Below, piece by piece: positions 9,262-18,836 of a DNA stretch of 64,000 bases. The stretch is from Bacteroidia bacterium (GTDB taxonomy: Bacteria; Bacteroidota; Bacteroidia; NS11-12g; UBA9320). Location: positions 32,001 through 96,000 of the forward strand of contig CBDCFW010000002.1 of assembly GCA_965216465.1 (NCBI GenBank). Reading direction: 5' to 3'. The notes under the pieces are model-generated. The model did no database searches. It worked only from the letters and a program-made list of their open reading frames with translations, and was not told the DNA's origin. Numbering within the stretch: position 1 is the stretch's first letter; the number at the start of each line of letters is the position of its first letter. Both the position numbers and the translations under genes were made by a program.

Positions 9262-10797
9262 ATGTCTGAAGAGCTTTTTAAAAATGTGATTTCTCACGCC
9301 AAAGAATACGGTTTTGTATTTCAAAGCAGTGAAATTTATGATGGCCTTGCGGCTGTTTATGACTACGGCCAAAATGGAGTGGAACTTAAAAAGAACATCC
9401 GCGAATACTGGTGGAAAAGCATGGTGCAGTTGCACGACAACATCGTAGGGGTGGATGCCTCAATTTTTATGCATCCTAAGGTGTGGAAGGCAAGTGGACA
9501 CGTTGATGGGTTTAACGACCCCATGATCGATAACAAAGATTCTAAGAAACGGTATAGAGCAGACGTTCTTATCGAGGAGCATCAAGAGAAATACAGAGTC
9601 AAGAATCAAAAGGAAATTACAAAAGCTAAAAAGCGATTTGGAGATGCTTTTGACGAGGCACAATTCGTAGCAACTAATCCAAATATCCTAAGAAATAATG
9701 CTAAAATAGCTGAAATCGATGAGCGATTAAAGGAAGGATTAGAGTCTGGCGAGTTGCACAAGATAAAAGAATTAATCGAAGAGCTTGGTATTGCTTGTCC
9801 GGTATCTGGAAGCAAAAATTGGACGGATGTGCGCCAATTCAATTTGATGTATTCCACGCAAATGAGTGCGACAGATGGAGAAAGTCAAATTTTCTTAAGA
9901 CCTGAAACTGCTCAGGGAATATTTGTAAACTACCTCAACGTTCAAAAGACGGGTAGAATGAAGCTGCCATTTGGTATTGCCCAAACAGGAAAGGCATTCA
10001 GAAATGAAATTGTTGCACGACAGTTCATTATGAGAATGAAGGAGTTTGAGCAGATGGAAATGCAATTCTTTGTTCAGCCAGGTACAGAGATGGAATGGTA
10101 TAAGTATTGGAAAGAACATCGTCTGAAATGGCATAAAAATCTTGGGATTTCCGAAGAAAATTACCGTTATCATGACCATGTTAAACTAGCACATTACGCA
10201 AATGCGGCTGTAGATATTGAGTATAATTTCCCTTTTGGATTTAAAGAAGTTGAAGGTATTCACTCTCGTACTGATTTTGACTTGAAGCAACACGAAGAAT
10301 TCACCGGAAAGAAGCTGAGATATTTTGACAACGAAAGAAATGAGAGCGATGTTCCATACGTGGTTGAAACGAGTATTGGTTTAGATCGAATGTTCTTGGT
10401 CTTAATGACAAATTCGTTAGTTGAAGAAGATTTGGGAGAAGGTCAATCTAGGACGGTTTTGAAATTGCCACCTGCCTTGGCTCCATTCCAATGTGCAGTT
10501 TTTCCATTAACTAAAAAAGATGGGTTGCCAGAATTAGCCAAAGAGGTAATGAAGGACCTTAAGCTTGATTTTAATTGCTATTATGAGGAAAAAGACGCAA
10601 TTGGTAAGCGATATAGAAGACAAGATGCGATAGGTACACCAATTTGCATTACTGTTGATCACGACAGCCTTGAAGATAAATCTGTTACGATTCGTTTTAG
10701 AGATACAATGGAACAGAAGCGTGTAAAGATTGCTGACCTAAGTGATATTATCGCTCAGGAAGTAAGCATGAAGGCTTTGCTTAAAGGCTTACTCTAG
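9262..10797 (+). CDS. glyS: Glycine--tRNA ligase (homodimeric class II type)
   Basis: SSEIYDG, ASGHVDGF, LRPETAQG, FRNEI, EFEQME, IGKRYRRQDAIGTP motifs. Confidence 0.97.
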   Translation: MSEELFKNVISHAKEYGFVFQSSEIYDGLAAVYDYGQNGVELKKNIREYWWKSMVQLHDNIVGVDASIFMHPKVWKASGHVDGFNDPMIDNKDSKKRYRADVLIEEHQEKYRVKNQKEITKAKKRFGDAFDEAQFVATNPNILRNNAKIAEIDERLKEGLESGELHKIKELIEELGIACPVSGSKNWTDVRQFNLMYSTQMSATDGESQIFLRPETAQGIFVNYLNVQKTGRMKLPFGIAQTGKAFRNEIVARQFIMRMKEFEQMEMQFFVQPGTEMEWYKYWKEHRLKWHKNLGISEENYRYHDHVKLAHYANAAVDIEYNFPFGFKEVEGIHSRTDFDLKQHEEFTGKKLRYFDNERNESDVPYVVETSIGLDRMFLVLMTNSLVEEDLGEGQSRTVLKLPPALAPFQCAVFPLTKKDGLPELAKEVMKDLKLDFNCYYEEKDAIGKRYRRQDAIGTPICITVDHDSLEDKSVTIRFRDTMEQKRVKIADLSDIIAQEVSMKALLKGLL

Positions 10798-11658
10798 ACC
10801 GCAAGCTTCTTCGCTGAATTCAGTTTCAATAGTGTAGTGCTTAAAAGGATATTTTTTAAGCACATCTTTCACATCACATTTTACTTGATGCAGTTCACCT
10901 AGACTGGAGATTTCTTTCAGTTTAACATGGGTAGAGAATACATGGTGTTCCCCTTCTAAAGACCAGATGTGTGTGTGATGAACGGAATGCACATGTTCTA
11001 TTGCTGTAATCTCCTTTTCTATGCTCTTAAGATCAACATCGTCTGGAATTCCTTGCAGGAAGAGGAATAAAGTTTCTTTCAGACGCTTTATTACATTCCA
11101 AAGGATATAGGCTGTAATTGCTATCGATAAAGCAGGATCCAATACCGGAATGTTTTTGAATATTAATATGATAGAAACAATCAGTACAGCAACCCAACCA
11201 AGCATGTCTTCGACCATGTGCCATGACACCACTTTTTCATTCATGCTTTTTCCGGTGCTTAACTTGTATGCCGCATATCCATTAACTGCTATTCCTACGA
11301 GTGCGAACAAAAACATTCCATATGCATTGGTGTCTTCTGGTGCCATTATTCTCTGAACAGCCTCATTTATTATAAAGATTGAACCTAGAATTAGAATTAC
11401 ACAATTAATCAATGCACCAAGCAGAGAGAATCTAGCGTAGCCAAAAGAAAACTTGTTGTCAGCTTTTTGCTTAGACTTGTTTTGAAGGAACCAAGCCATA
11501 CCAAGAGACAGGCTGTCTCCAAGGTCATGAATAGCATCCGATAAGATGGCAATACTGTTTACATAGAGCCCGCCAATAATTTCAAAAATAGTGAAACCAA
11601 GATTGAGAAAAAAAGCAAGTTTTATGTTCTTGGTTCCATTATCGTGATTGGTTCCCAT
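10789..11658 (-). CDS. Cation diffusion facilitator (CzcD/ZitB-like Zn/Co/Cd exporter)
   Basis: SIAILSDAIHDLGD, FSFGYAR, HMVED, DPALS, HHTHIWSL; ATG at 11658. Confidence 0.93.
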   Translation of the reverse strand: MGTNHDNGTKNIKLAFFLNLGFTIFEIIGGLYVNSIAILSDAIHDLGDSLSLGMAWFLQNKSKQKADNKFSFGYARFSLLGALINCVILILGSIFIINEAVQRIMAPEDTNAYGMFLFALVGIAVNGYAAYKLSTGKSMNEKVVSWHMVEDMLGWVAVLIVSIILIFKNIPVLDPALSIAITAYILWNVIKRLKETLFLFLQGIPDDVDLKSIEKEITAIEHVHSVHHTHIWSLEGEHHVFSTHVKLKEISSLGELHQVKCDVKDVLKKYPFKHYTIETEFSEEACGLE

Positions 11659-11683
11659 ACCTAGCAAAGTTATAAATCCTTGC

Positions 11684-12040
11684 TCAGTTTTCTTGGGTCT
11701 TTCGCTTATTTAGACCGACTAAAATGAACATGAGTGCAATTACTGGTATCGCTAAAAACCAGGGATTCAAAAATTGATCCGGACGAACTGAAAAAAATAC
11801 GAGCGACCCTACTAATGCAATAATAGCACCCAAGAATTTCTTGAAAAGTGCTACACCTAAGCCAAGAACCATAACTATCATGCTATAAAATGATATGGCC
11901 TCTGGAATTGAACTGAAACCTGAAGAGTTAGATTCACCGCCCCCGATAACATGTGCAGCGACCATGAAAATAAAAAAGGCGAAAACAAGCCCTCCTAATA
12001 TCCGGGCGGTCCAGAGAATGATTTTGTTAAATTTTTTCAT
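11684..12040 (-). CDS. Small 4-TM hypothetical membrane protein
   Basis: Four hydrophobic stretches; the ATG at 12040 forms an ATGA overlap with the GNAT stop. Confidence 0.75.
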   Translation of the reverse strand: MKKFNKIILWTARILGGLVFAFFIFMVAAHVIGGGESNSSGFSSIPEAISFYSMIVMVLGLGVALFKKFLGAIIALVGSLVFFSVRPDQFLNPWFLAIPVIALMFILVGLNKRKTQEN

Positions 12041-12645
12041 AATGATTTTGTTAAATGACGTGTTTCTCGTTTGCGCATGAACCAAACGTTAATGTTGTTG
12101 ATTGGATTGATCCAGTGCTTATATACTTCAAATCCAAAGCGTTCATACACTCGTTTATTTTGTTCTAAAGTTGTTTCAGCATAAAGGTCAAGTTTTTGTT
12201 GCTTGGCCATGCTAATTATTCCTAATGCCAAGTCACGTGCCGAGACTTTTGGCTGTTCGTCAGGTTCTACTCCAAAAAACCAAAAGTAAAGGTATTTTCC
12301 ATGCCTTGGGCGTTGAGTTTGTACTTTATAGTTGTGGTATGCAGTAATGATTATTTTCCGAATTGAGAAGGCCATCACTATGGCTTTAAGCAGTTTTAAG
12401 GTGTCTTTAAAATCTTTTTCTAAACATTTGTAATTGTAACAAATCGCAGCACCTCTGCCGTTTTCTGACAAATAAACGCCATTACGCCTAATGGCAAAAT
12501 CGAAGGCATAGCTGGCAACTTGCCAAATGTGTTTTTCTTTGTTTTTATGACTTCTAATGATATAGAGCAGAGTAGGATTATTCATAAATGATTTGGTCAG
12601 AATACGGACGACCTGCTCTTTGTTTTGAATTGTTGCTAGTTTCAT
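12037..12645 (-). CDS. GNAT-family N-acyltransferase
   Basis: YLYFWFFGVEP (motif A strand) and LYAETT..QNKRVYERFGF (motif B). The canonical RxxGxG loop is degenerate (EQPKVSAR). Confidence 0.8.
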   Translation of the reverse strand: MKLATIQNKEQVVRILTKSFMNNPTLLYIIRSHKNKEKHIWQVASYAFDFAIRRNGVYLSENGRGAAICYNYKCLEKDFKDTLKLLKAIVMAFSIRKIIITAYHNYKVQTQRPRHGKYLYFWFFGVEPDEQPKVSARDLALGIISMAKQQKLDLYAETTLEQNKRVYERFGFEVYKHWINPINNINVWFMRKRETRHLTKSL

Positions 12646-12650
12646 GGCGA

Positions 12651-13712
12651 TTAAAAATTAGGTTCAACAGATAGAGTTTTAAGTCTTCTTAGATGAGAAA
12701 GAGATGTTTGAAATAGGTTCTTATAAGCATGGTAGGGATAACCGTATTTTTTAGCCAGCGATCTTATTTCGGGGGTTATAAGATGGTACTTCGTATGACT
12801 AACATTGGGAAAGAAATGATGAGCTACGTGGTGATTAAATCCTCCAAAGAAATGAGTAGTCAACTTACACTTGGTTGCGAAGTCTGCAGTGGTTTGCAAT
12901 TGGTGTTCTGCCCAGGTGAAAGGAAGGTGCACGCTATTCGAAACAACTTCTTGAGATTCTCCAATATGCGTGCTGATTAAGGCAAATGTTGTAATTGCAC
13001 TTGCAGAAATATGAAAGAGAATAAATCCTAGTAATGCAGTGGGAAAAGCGACATCTAGCACTAGGGGTATGGTAAAGAAGCTTGAAACATGAAAGATTTT
13101 GGCAATCAGCAACTTGATAATTTCCTTCTTAGGATGCTTTACATTCTTTTTGATGCCAAATTGACCCGTGCTCATATCTTTAAAGTCTCGAACAAAAAAC
13201 CATATTAAGGTGTAGGTTAGAAATGCGAAAGGCATATACAAATGCTGGTAGCGGTGATGACTCTTAAATTGTTGATTTGGACTCAGGCGAATGATTTTTG
13301 ATTGCTCTATATCCATGTCCCATTCGTTTACATTGGCATAAGCGTGATGAGAATAAATGTGTCGAAGCTCCCAGAAGTAAGCACTGGTTCCGAGAATGGA
13401 AAAGACCATGCGGCCCAGTCTATTTAGATATCTGTGCTTAGAAAAAGTATTGTGCACCGCTTCGTGCCCTATATTAAGCACAATGGGTAGACTTAAAATC
13501 CCTAAAATAACAGGAAGTACTAACGCTAGACTACTTTGAGGAATGAGAATCCAGTAGGCTATAAGGCAAGCAAAGAATCCTGCAACCAGTGCTAAGCACT
13601 TTATGAAAAGAACATGTGAGCTTTCCTTATGAGTTTTTAATTTTTGATGAACCTTTTGACGAAGTTCGACTAAGAACTTGTTATCATTGGGTTTAAATTT
13701 TGGTTGTTTCAT
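12651..13712 (-). CDS. Membrane fatty-acid (acyl-CoA/linoleoyl-CoA type) desaturase
   Basis: Three His boxes HEAVH, HIYSHH, HHVAHH; WAEHQLQTTADF and GGFN motifs; TM segments. Confidence 0.92.
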   Translation of the reverse strand: MKQPKFKPNDNKFLVELRQKVHQKLKTHKESSHVLFIKCLALVAGFFACLIAYWILIPQSSLALVLPVILGILSLPIVLNIGHEAVHNTFSKHRYLNRLGRMVFSILGTSAYFWELRHIYSHHAYANVNEWDMDIEQSKIIRLSPNQQFKSHHRYQHLYMPFAFLTYTLIWFFVRDFKDMSTGQFGIKKNVKHPKKEIIKLLIAKIFHVSSFFTIPLVLDVAFPTALLGFILFHISASAITTFALISTHIGESQEVVSNSVHLPFTWAEHQLQTTADFATKCKLTTHFFGGFNHHVAHHFFPNVSHTKYHLITPEIRSLAKKYGYPYHAYKNLFQTSLSHLRRLKTLSVEPNF

Positions 13713-13755
13713 GGCGATTCAATTTAAAAAAAATAGAGTTTTCAATAGTCGAGTT

Positions 13756-14832
13756 TTATTTTCTAGCGTTGAATCCGAAAGAGAATCCAAATCTTAAATT
13801 GTCTTTAGAAGGAACTACAAATGCGTTGATAGGGATATTTAGCTTGCCAGATTTTAAGGAGTAACCAGCAGCAATTACTACATACGTATTCATGCGTAAA
13901 CCTCCTCGACTGTCAGCCTTCCACTCTAATGGAGCATTGTCGATGTTTTCACGGTCAACTGGGCGATACCAAGTTCCTTCGTGCTCATACTTCTTTGTTT
14001 GCGTGCCGAAATTTACAGAAGGACCAATCGCGAATTCTAATCCATTCTTATTGCTTCTAATTCCGTTCATTATAGTGAAGCTAGGGATGAAATAACCTTG
14101 GTCAAGTCCAGATACCAATGGAATAAATTCAAATAGTGCTTGCCATTGACCCTCATTTAAATATTGCTTTTCGAACTGGTAACCCATTTGAAAGAATGCG
14201 GGATGTGCATCATATCCTCCTTCATGCTTAGGGGCTTGAAGAACGTTTGCAGCTTCTCCAGTGAAGAAGGTGTAACCCATTCGTGGTCCAGAAAGGTTTA
14301 ATGTCTGGTAATATGGGTTGTTGATAGCACTTTCATAGCTTTCTCTATTCGAAAGACTGTTAATAATTACTTGGTCGTTTTCTAATCCCAACAGTTCATT
14401 TACGCTAATACTGATCATAGTGTTGATCTTTTCAGGGATGAACAGAAACTCACGTACTACCTCTTTTTCTATCGTTTTTGTTTTAATGTTTACAAGACGA
14501 AGGCGAATAAATAAAGCTTCGCCAAGTTTATCGGCACTACCTGAAACTACCCAGGCAACATCAAGCTCTTCACCGGCCGCGGAAAGGCAAGATTTGCTAA
14601 AGCAAGACGAGGAGTTAATTTCGGCTGATTGAAGTGATTCTGCGATTTCGTATCTATCAATCATTTCATATCTATTGTGTCTACTGATCTCGATACGCAA
14701 TAACTCGGTGAGTTGTGAAGCTGAAAAAGCTTGGTCGTTAGCGTCAAAACTAATAACAGCTAATTTAGGGGATTGTGCATGCGCTAAAAGTTGCATGGTA
14801 AAAATTGTAAGTGTTAAAATTAATTTTTTCAT
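13756..14832 (-). CDS. Secreted hypothetical protein: CsgG/TolB-N-like domain plus predicted outer-membrane beta-barrel
   Basis: Signal peptide MKKLIL...AHAQ; LAVISFD...YEMIDR...C(FSKS)C..AGEELDVAWVVSGS; amphipathic strands ending RFGFSFGFNARK. Confidence 0.65.
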   Translation of the reverse strand: MKKLILTLTIFTMQLLAHAQSPKLAVISFDANDQAFSASQLTELLRIEISRHNRYEMIDRYEIAESLQSAEINSSSCFSKSCLSAAGEELDVAWVVSGSADKLGEALFIRLRLVNIKTKTIEKEVVREFLFIPEKINTMISISVNELLGLENDQVIINSLSNRESYESAINNPYYQTLNLSGPRMGYTFFTGEAANVLQAPKHEGGYDAHPAFFQMGYQFEKQYLNEGQWQALFEFIPLVSGLDQGYFIPSFTIMNGIRSNKNGLEFAIGPSVNFGTQTKKYEHEGTWYRPVDRENIDNAPLEWKADSRGGLRMNTYVVIAAGYSLKSGKLNIPINAFVVPSKDNLRFGFSFGFNARK

Positions 14833-15055
14833 GGTTTGATCGTTTTGTTGGTTCAAAGATGAGATCACACCACTTGGTTTGTTAATTGAATAACGCTAGT
14901 AAACTATTAAAAAACAAAATATTGCAGAATAATAAATACTTGTTGCAGCTCAATTTGCTTAAATGACGTGTAAATATTTATAAATTTTGACTACGTTATT
15001 GAAATATGCGTTAAATTTATATTACATTTGATTGAATTATTAAAAAATACAAAAA

Positions 15056-16054
15056 ATGAGTGGACAGCACATTTTGATAGAACAATGCAAGGAGAGAATA
15101 GGAAAACGTAGTTTGGCTACCGAACTATCTGACTTGTTAGGGGTAAATGCCGATGCTGCATACAGAAGAATGCGTGGAGAGACCGCTTTAACCTTCGATG
15201 AAATTCAAAAGATCTGTTTACACTTTAATATATCGTTCGACTCTATTATAAATTATCGTGGAAAACTGGTGCCTTTTCAATTCAACGCGATGTTTGGTCC
15301 TGAGTTTAGTATTCTTAACTATTTGAGAAACATTGAGGGTGAAGTAAAATCGTTAGCCTCGAATGAGGATACTCGTATCGTTATGACTGCAATGGATTTG
15401 CCTTACTTTAGGCAATTCGGTTTTAGCTACTTAAGTCGTTTTAAACTCTTTTTCTGGCAGCGTTCGGTGCTAAACTTACCAGACTATCGCCATAAAAAGT
15501 TTGATGCAGAAGAGCGAATTGATGACTATGAAGTAATTACCGAAAGTATCTATAAAAATTATCACAATGTAGACTCCATCGAAATTTGGGCACCTGAAAC
15601 CTTAGATAGTACAATTAAACAAATACAGTACTTCGCAGAATCCGGCTTGTTTGCCAATGACGAAACCGGAATAAAAATTTGCAACGACATTGATAGGCTG
15701 TTAGACAAACTTGAATCAGAAGCAGAAAGAGGAAAGAAAATTCTATCAACTCCAGAAGGAACTTTTTCAAGTCCGTTTAAAATGTATCAGAGCGACATCT
15801 ACATGAGCAACAATTGTATTCAAGGTCATTTGAATGGCAAAGTGTATACGTATGTAAGTTTTAACTCGTTTAATTCGCTGATGTCGTTTACACCAAATTT
15901 CTCAGAAGAGTGCAATCGCTGGATTGAACAAATCAGATTGAAATCTATTTTATTGAGCGAGGTGTCTGAAAAACTGAGATACCAGTTCTTTAAAAGTTTA
16001 CGTGTAAAGGTCAACGAAACCCGTGATCAGATTGTAAAGCAGTCTACTTTTTGA
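15056..16054 (+). CDS. HTH transcriptional regulator (BetR/XRE-like N-terminus, large C-terminal putative ligand-binding domain)
   Basis: LATELSDLLGVNADAAYRRMRGETALTFDEIQKICLHFNISFD HTH; TACATTTG box at 15023-15030; divergent from 14832. Confidence 0.8.
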   Translation: MSGQHILIEQCKERIGKRSLATELSDLLGVNADAAYRRMRGETALTFDEIQKICLHFNISFDSIINYRGKLVPFQFNAMFGPEFSILNYLRNIEGEVKSLASNEDTRIVMTAMDLPYFRQFGFSYLSRFKLFFWQRSVLNLPDYRHKKFDAEERIDDYEVITESIYKNYHNVDSIEIWAPETLDSTIKQIQYFAESGLFANDETGIKICNDIDRLLDKLESEAERGKKILSTPEGTFSSPFKMYQSDIYMSNNCIQGHLNGKVYTYVSFNSFNSLMSFTPNFSEECNRWIEQIRLKSILLSEVSEKLRYQFFKSLRVKVNETRDQIVKQSTF

Positions 16055-16283
16055 TAAACTTTCTGTAGATCCAAATTAGAATCACAGCTCCAACTACTCC
16101 TGTAATGATGGAAGCAACGATCGTATCTTGGTTCGAAAAGCCAATGAGGTGAAGTACTTTGTCGCCTAGCCACCCTCCAACTATGCCCAAAACAATGTTG
16201 ATTATTGCTCCGTAGCCGCGTCCTTTCATGATTACCCCAGCCAGGTAACCAGCGATTCCTCCTATAATAATTGATAATAACAT
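16044..16283 (-). CDS. GlsB/YeaQ/YmgE (transglycosylase-associated) membrane protein
   Basis: IIIGGIAGYLAGVIM.G.G.G...NIVLGIVGGWLG...GVVGAVIL pattern. Confidence 0.92.
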   Translation of the reverse strand: MLLSIIIGGIAGYLAGVIMKGRGYGAIINIVLGIVGGWLGDKVLHLIGFSNQDTIVASIITGVVGAVILIWIYRKFIKK

Positions 16284-16284
16284 A

Positions 16285-17736
16285 TTAATTTCCGATATCT
16301 GCTAGTGCGAATGATATTCCAATAAATCCACCCCATTGGTAAGCTTTTTTCATTGGAACTGTTGAAGTCATATCTCCTAAATTATCTCCTTCAGTATATC
16401 CCAAATCTAGTTTGTTTACTTGACCTAAGGTTGCTCCGAAGTTAAGCACTAGCTTATTGTCTGATCCAAAAATAGTACTTCCACCCAATAAAAAGTTAAA
16501 GTTCTTAGTATCTGCACTAATTGGCACTCCAACACCAAAGGTTCCACCAATAGTCATGTTTTTGCCGTTATAAGGGTAGAAGTTTAAATAGGCTGCAATG
16601 TTCGGAGTGAAGTTGTTTCCATCAATTCGTGTAATAACACTATCCTTATTGATGAAATCTGAATTATCCTCATAGTAAGGAAATGCTAAACCAAGACTCG
16701 AATTAATCTTCAGATCTCCTTTAACGGTTACATCAATCTCCTTTGTCTTGACCTTGGCAAGATTTGAAAGGTTGTTTATTGATGGAGTGGCAAGTGAGCC
16801 ATCCGAATTCTCAGGATTTTTATAAAAATCAATGGTAATGGTTATTTCATCTCCTTTTGCAACATCGCTCGTATTGAAGTGAAACGGAGTATTCATGATT
16901 GATTGGTACTCAATCTCTAAATAGTCTAGTTTTTCAAGAAGTAGTTCACTGTCGAAGCTTTTGGCAAATTGAACAGCTTGCGTGCCCCAGCTTTGAACCA
17001 TTTTGTTGTAACCTTCACCTTCAAAACCTCCGGAAGCTCCACGTGTTGTAGCGTATTTCTGATAAGCAGCTTCGAAGTTTTGTACGTAGCTATTGAGTTT
17101 CGCAACATCGCTGTTTACTGTGCTATTGATTTGATTTGCAACCATTAGGAAGTCTTGCGTTTCAACCGTAGATTGACCAAATAAGCTCGATACCAATTCG
17201 TGCGTAAATGCCTTGATAGAATCTGTTGGCAGGTATGGATTGTATTTAAGCTTATGAACCTTTTGCATTACAAAATCAATATTGTTTGTCATTTGCTCAG
17301 CTTGGTATAGTGTCATATAAGCATCTTGAACTTTTTCTAAAGCAAGTGTGGCTTTAGGGTCCGAAAACAAGCCCCCTCTAGAAGTTTCAGTTCCGGTTGT
17401 AATACTGTTTAGGAAGGAGGATCCCCCAGTTGGAAGACCTAGAGGGCTAATCATACTTAAGAAGTTCAAATTCGGTGCGTCTTGAATTTCTTTAGTCGAG
17501 TATGAGGCAACTGCAGTATATACAAATGGATTGTAATTTGATACTTGAACTTTAACATTATGGTTGCGAGTTACCATTGCTCTGCTAATTTGTTTCTTTA
17601 CTCCATCTTTACTCACTTCGTAGTAAGTAAAATCGTCGTTCAGAAAATCATAATCAACCAATAAACGTTGAGAAAAAACATCTTGAGTGAATAGTATACA
17701 GAGGGATAAGAATGTGGTTTTAAATACTTTTTTCAT
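16285..17736 (-). CDS. Secreted hypothetical protein (helical middle, beta-rich C-terminus)
   Basis: Signal peptide ending VFSQ; 483-aa ORF; no recognised family. Confidence 0.75.
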   Translation of the reverse strand: MKKVFKTTFLSLCILFTQDVFSQRLLVDYDFLNDDFTYYEVSKDGVKKQISRAMVTRNHNVKVQVSNYNPFVYTAVASYSTKEIQDAPNLNFLSMISPLGLPTGGSSFLNSITTGTETSRGGLFSDPKATLALEKVQDAYMTLYQAEQMTNNIDFVMQKVHKLKYNPYLPTDSIKAFTHELVSSLFGQSTVETQDFLMVANQINSTVNSDVAKLNSYVQNFEAAYQKYATTRGASGGFEGEGYNKMVQSWGTQAVQFAKSFDSELLLEKLDYLEIEYQSIMNTPFHFNTSDVAKGDEITITIDFYKNPENSDGSLATPSINNLSNLAKVKTKEIDVTVKGDLKINSSLGLAFPYYEDNSDFINKDSVITRIDGNNFTPNIAAYLNFYPYNGKNMTIGGTFGVGVPISADTKNFNFLLGGSTIFGSDNKLVLNFGATLGQVNKLDLGYTEGDNLGDMTSTVPMKKAYQWGGFIGISFALADIGN

Positions 17737-17832
17737 GATTTTGGCTTTATTGGTTAGTTCACCTTTCGAACTGATTGTAAATGCAAATCGTTCTTCAAAT
17801 ATGGTTTTTTACATTAGGATTACAAAGGCTAG

Positions 17833-18759
17833 TTATTTGTTAATCAAATCTTTAATGGGAGCAGCATCAACATCGTCAAGCACACTGATATTGTCGTAAA
17901 TGATTTTGTTGAGCTTGTGGTTTTTACTGCTCTCTGTAATTTTTGCGATGATGTCAAAGTCTCCTTGGCCATAGCATTTTTTCCATTGTCCGCGTTTGCT
18001 CATACAGAAAGTAGCTGATCTAGGAGGGAGATAAGAATATCCCGAGACTGGGATGTTTTTAAATGTAGTTACTGTGTCTCCAACCACTATGTTTCTTATG
18101 GGTAAATAAAACTTCCCAAATGACAACTGAGAATGGATTACACCTTGATCATCTATCCAGTTGGCCAGAATATCCATTTCTAAATCTAAGTTAATCATTT
18201 GCTGCTCTTTCATAAAAACGGTCCAAGGAGTGAACCATTTTTTGTCATTCATCTTCACTTTGGCAAATTGTACTGATATGCTATCACATTTGAGATAAAA
18301 CTTAGATTGGGTATAGATATCAATCAGTTTTGATTCATCTAAACTAAAACTAGCAGTTAGTGCAACGTCTCGTCCATCTTCTAACATTATAGACCGGGTT
18401 ATGGTAAATCCTTTGAATTTGATGTTTTCTGGATCGAGCATTCCCTGCTTCGAGTTTTGAGCGTAAAAAGTATTGTTGAACAAACTGGCTACATACTCTT
18501 GATGATACTTCTCGGCACTCTTTTGTATGGCACTTTTAACTCCATCGAAGGCAAAATCGATTCCTTTAATTAAAAGCTCTGCCGATACCAAAGCTCTGCT
18601 CGAATCATTGGTCAATCCCATGGCTACTTTTTTATAAGTTAGCGGGGTGTCATAGGCTAAAGTCTCGATTGAGAGTTGTTCACCTTCAGACTTGTTGCTC
18701 ACCTTGGTCGAAACGCAAGCCGTGAGAAATACACTAAGAATAATGAAATATTTTTTCAT
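17833..18759 (-). CDS. Hypothetical lipoprotein
   Basis: MKKYFIILSVFLTAC lipobox; 308-aa ORF. Confidence 0.75.
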   Translation of the reverse strand: MKKYFIILSVFLTACVSTKVSNKSEGEQLSIETLAYDTPLTYKKVAMGLTNDSSRALVSAELLIKGIDFAFDGVKSAIQKSAEKYHQEYVASLFNNTFYAQNSKQGMLDPENIKFKGFTITRSIMLEDGRDVALTASFSLDESKLIDIYTQSKFYLKCDSISVQFAKVKMNDKKWFTPWTVFMKEQQMINLDLEMDILANWIDDQGVIHSQLSFGKFYLPIRNIVVGDTVTTFKNIPVSGYSYLPPRSATFCMSKRGQWKKCYGQGDFDIIAKITESSKNHKLNKIIYDNISVLDDVDAAPIKDLINK

Positions 18760-18815
18760 ATTGATTTATACAAAGAAAAGGCAAATGGTAAATTTTTGCT
18801 CACAAAATATCGCAT

Positions 18816-18836
18816 TATCTTTGTATGGTATACCAT
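18816..18836 (+). promoter_or_regulatory. oxyR -7 box (TATCTTTG) followed by the perfect palindrome ATGGTATACCAT
   Basis: TATCTTTG at 18816-18823; palindrome at 18825-18836, 5 nt before the ATG. Confidence 0.6.
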
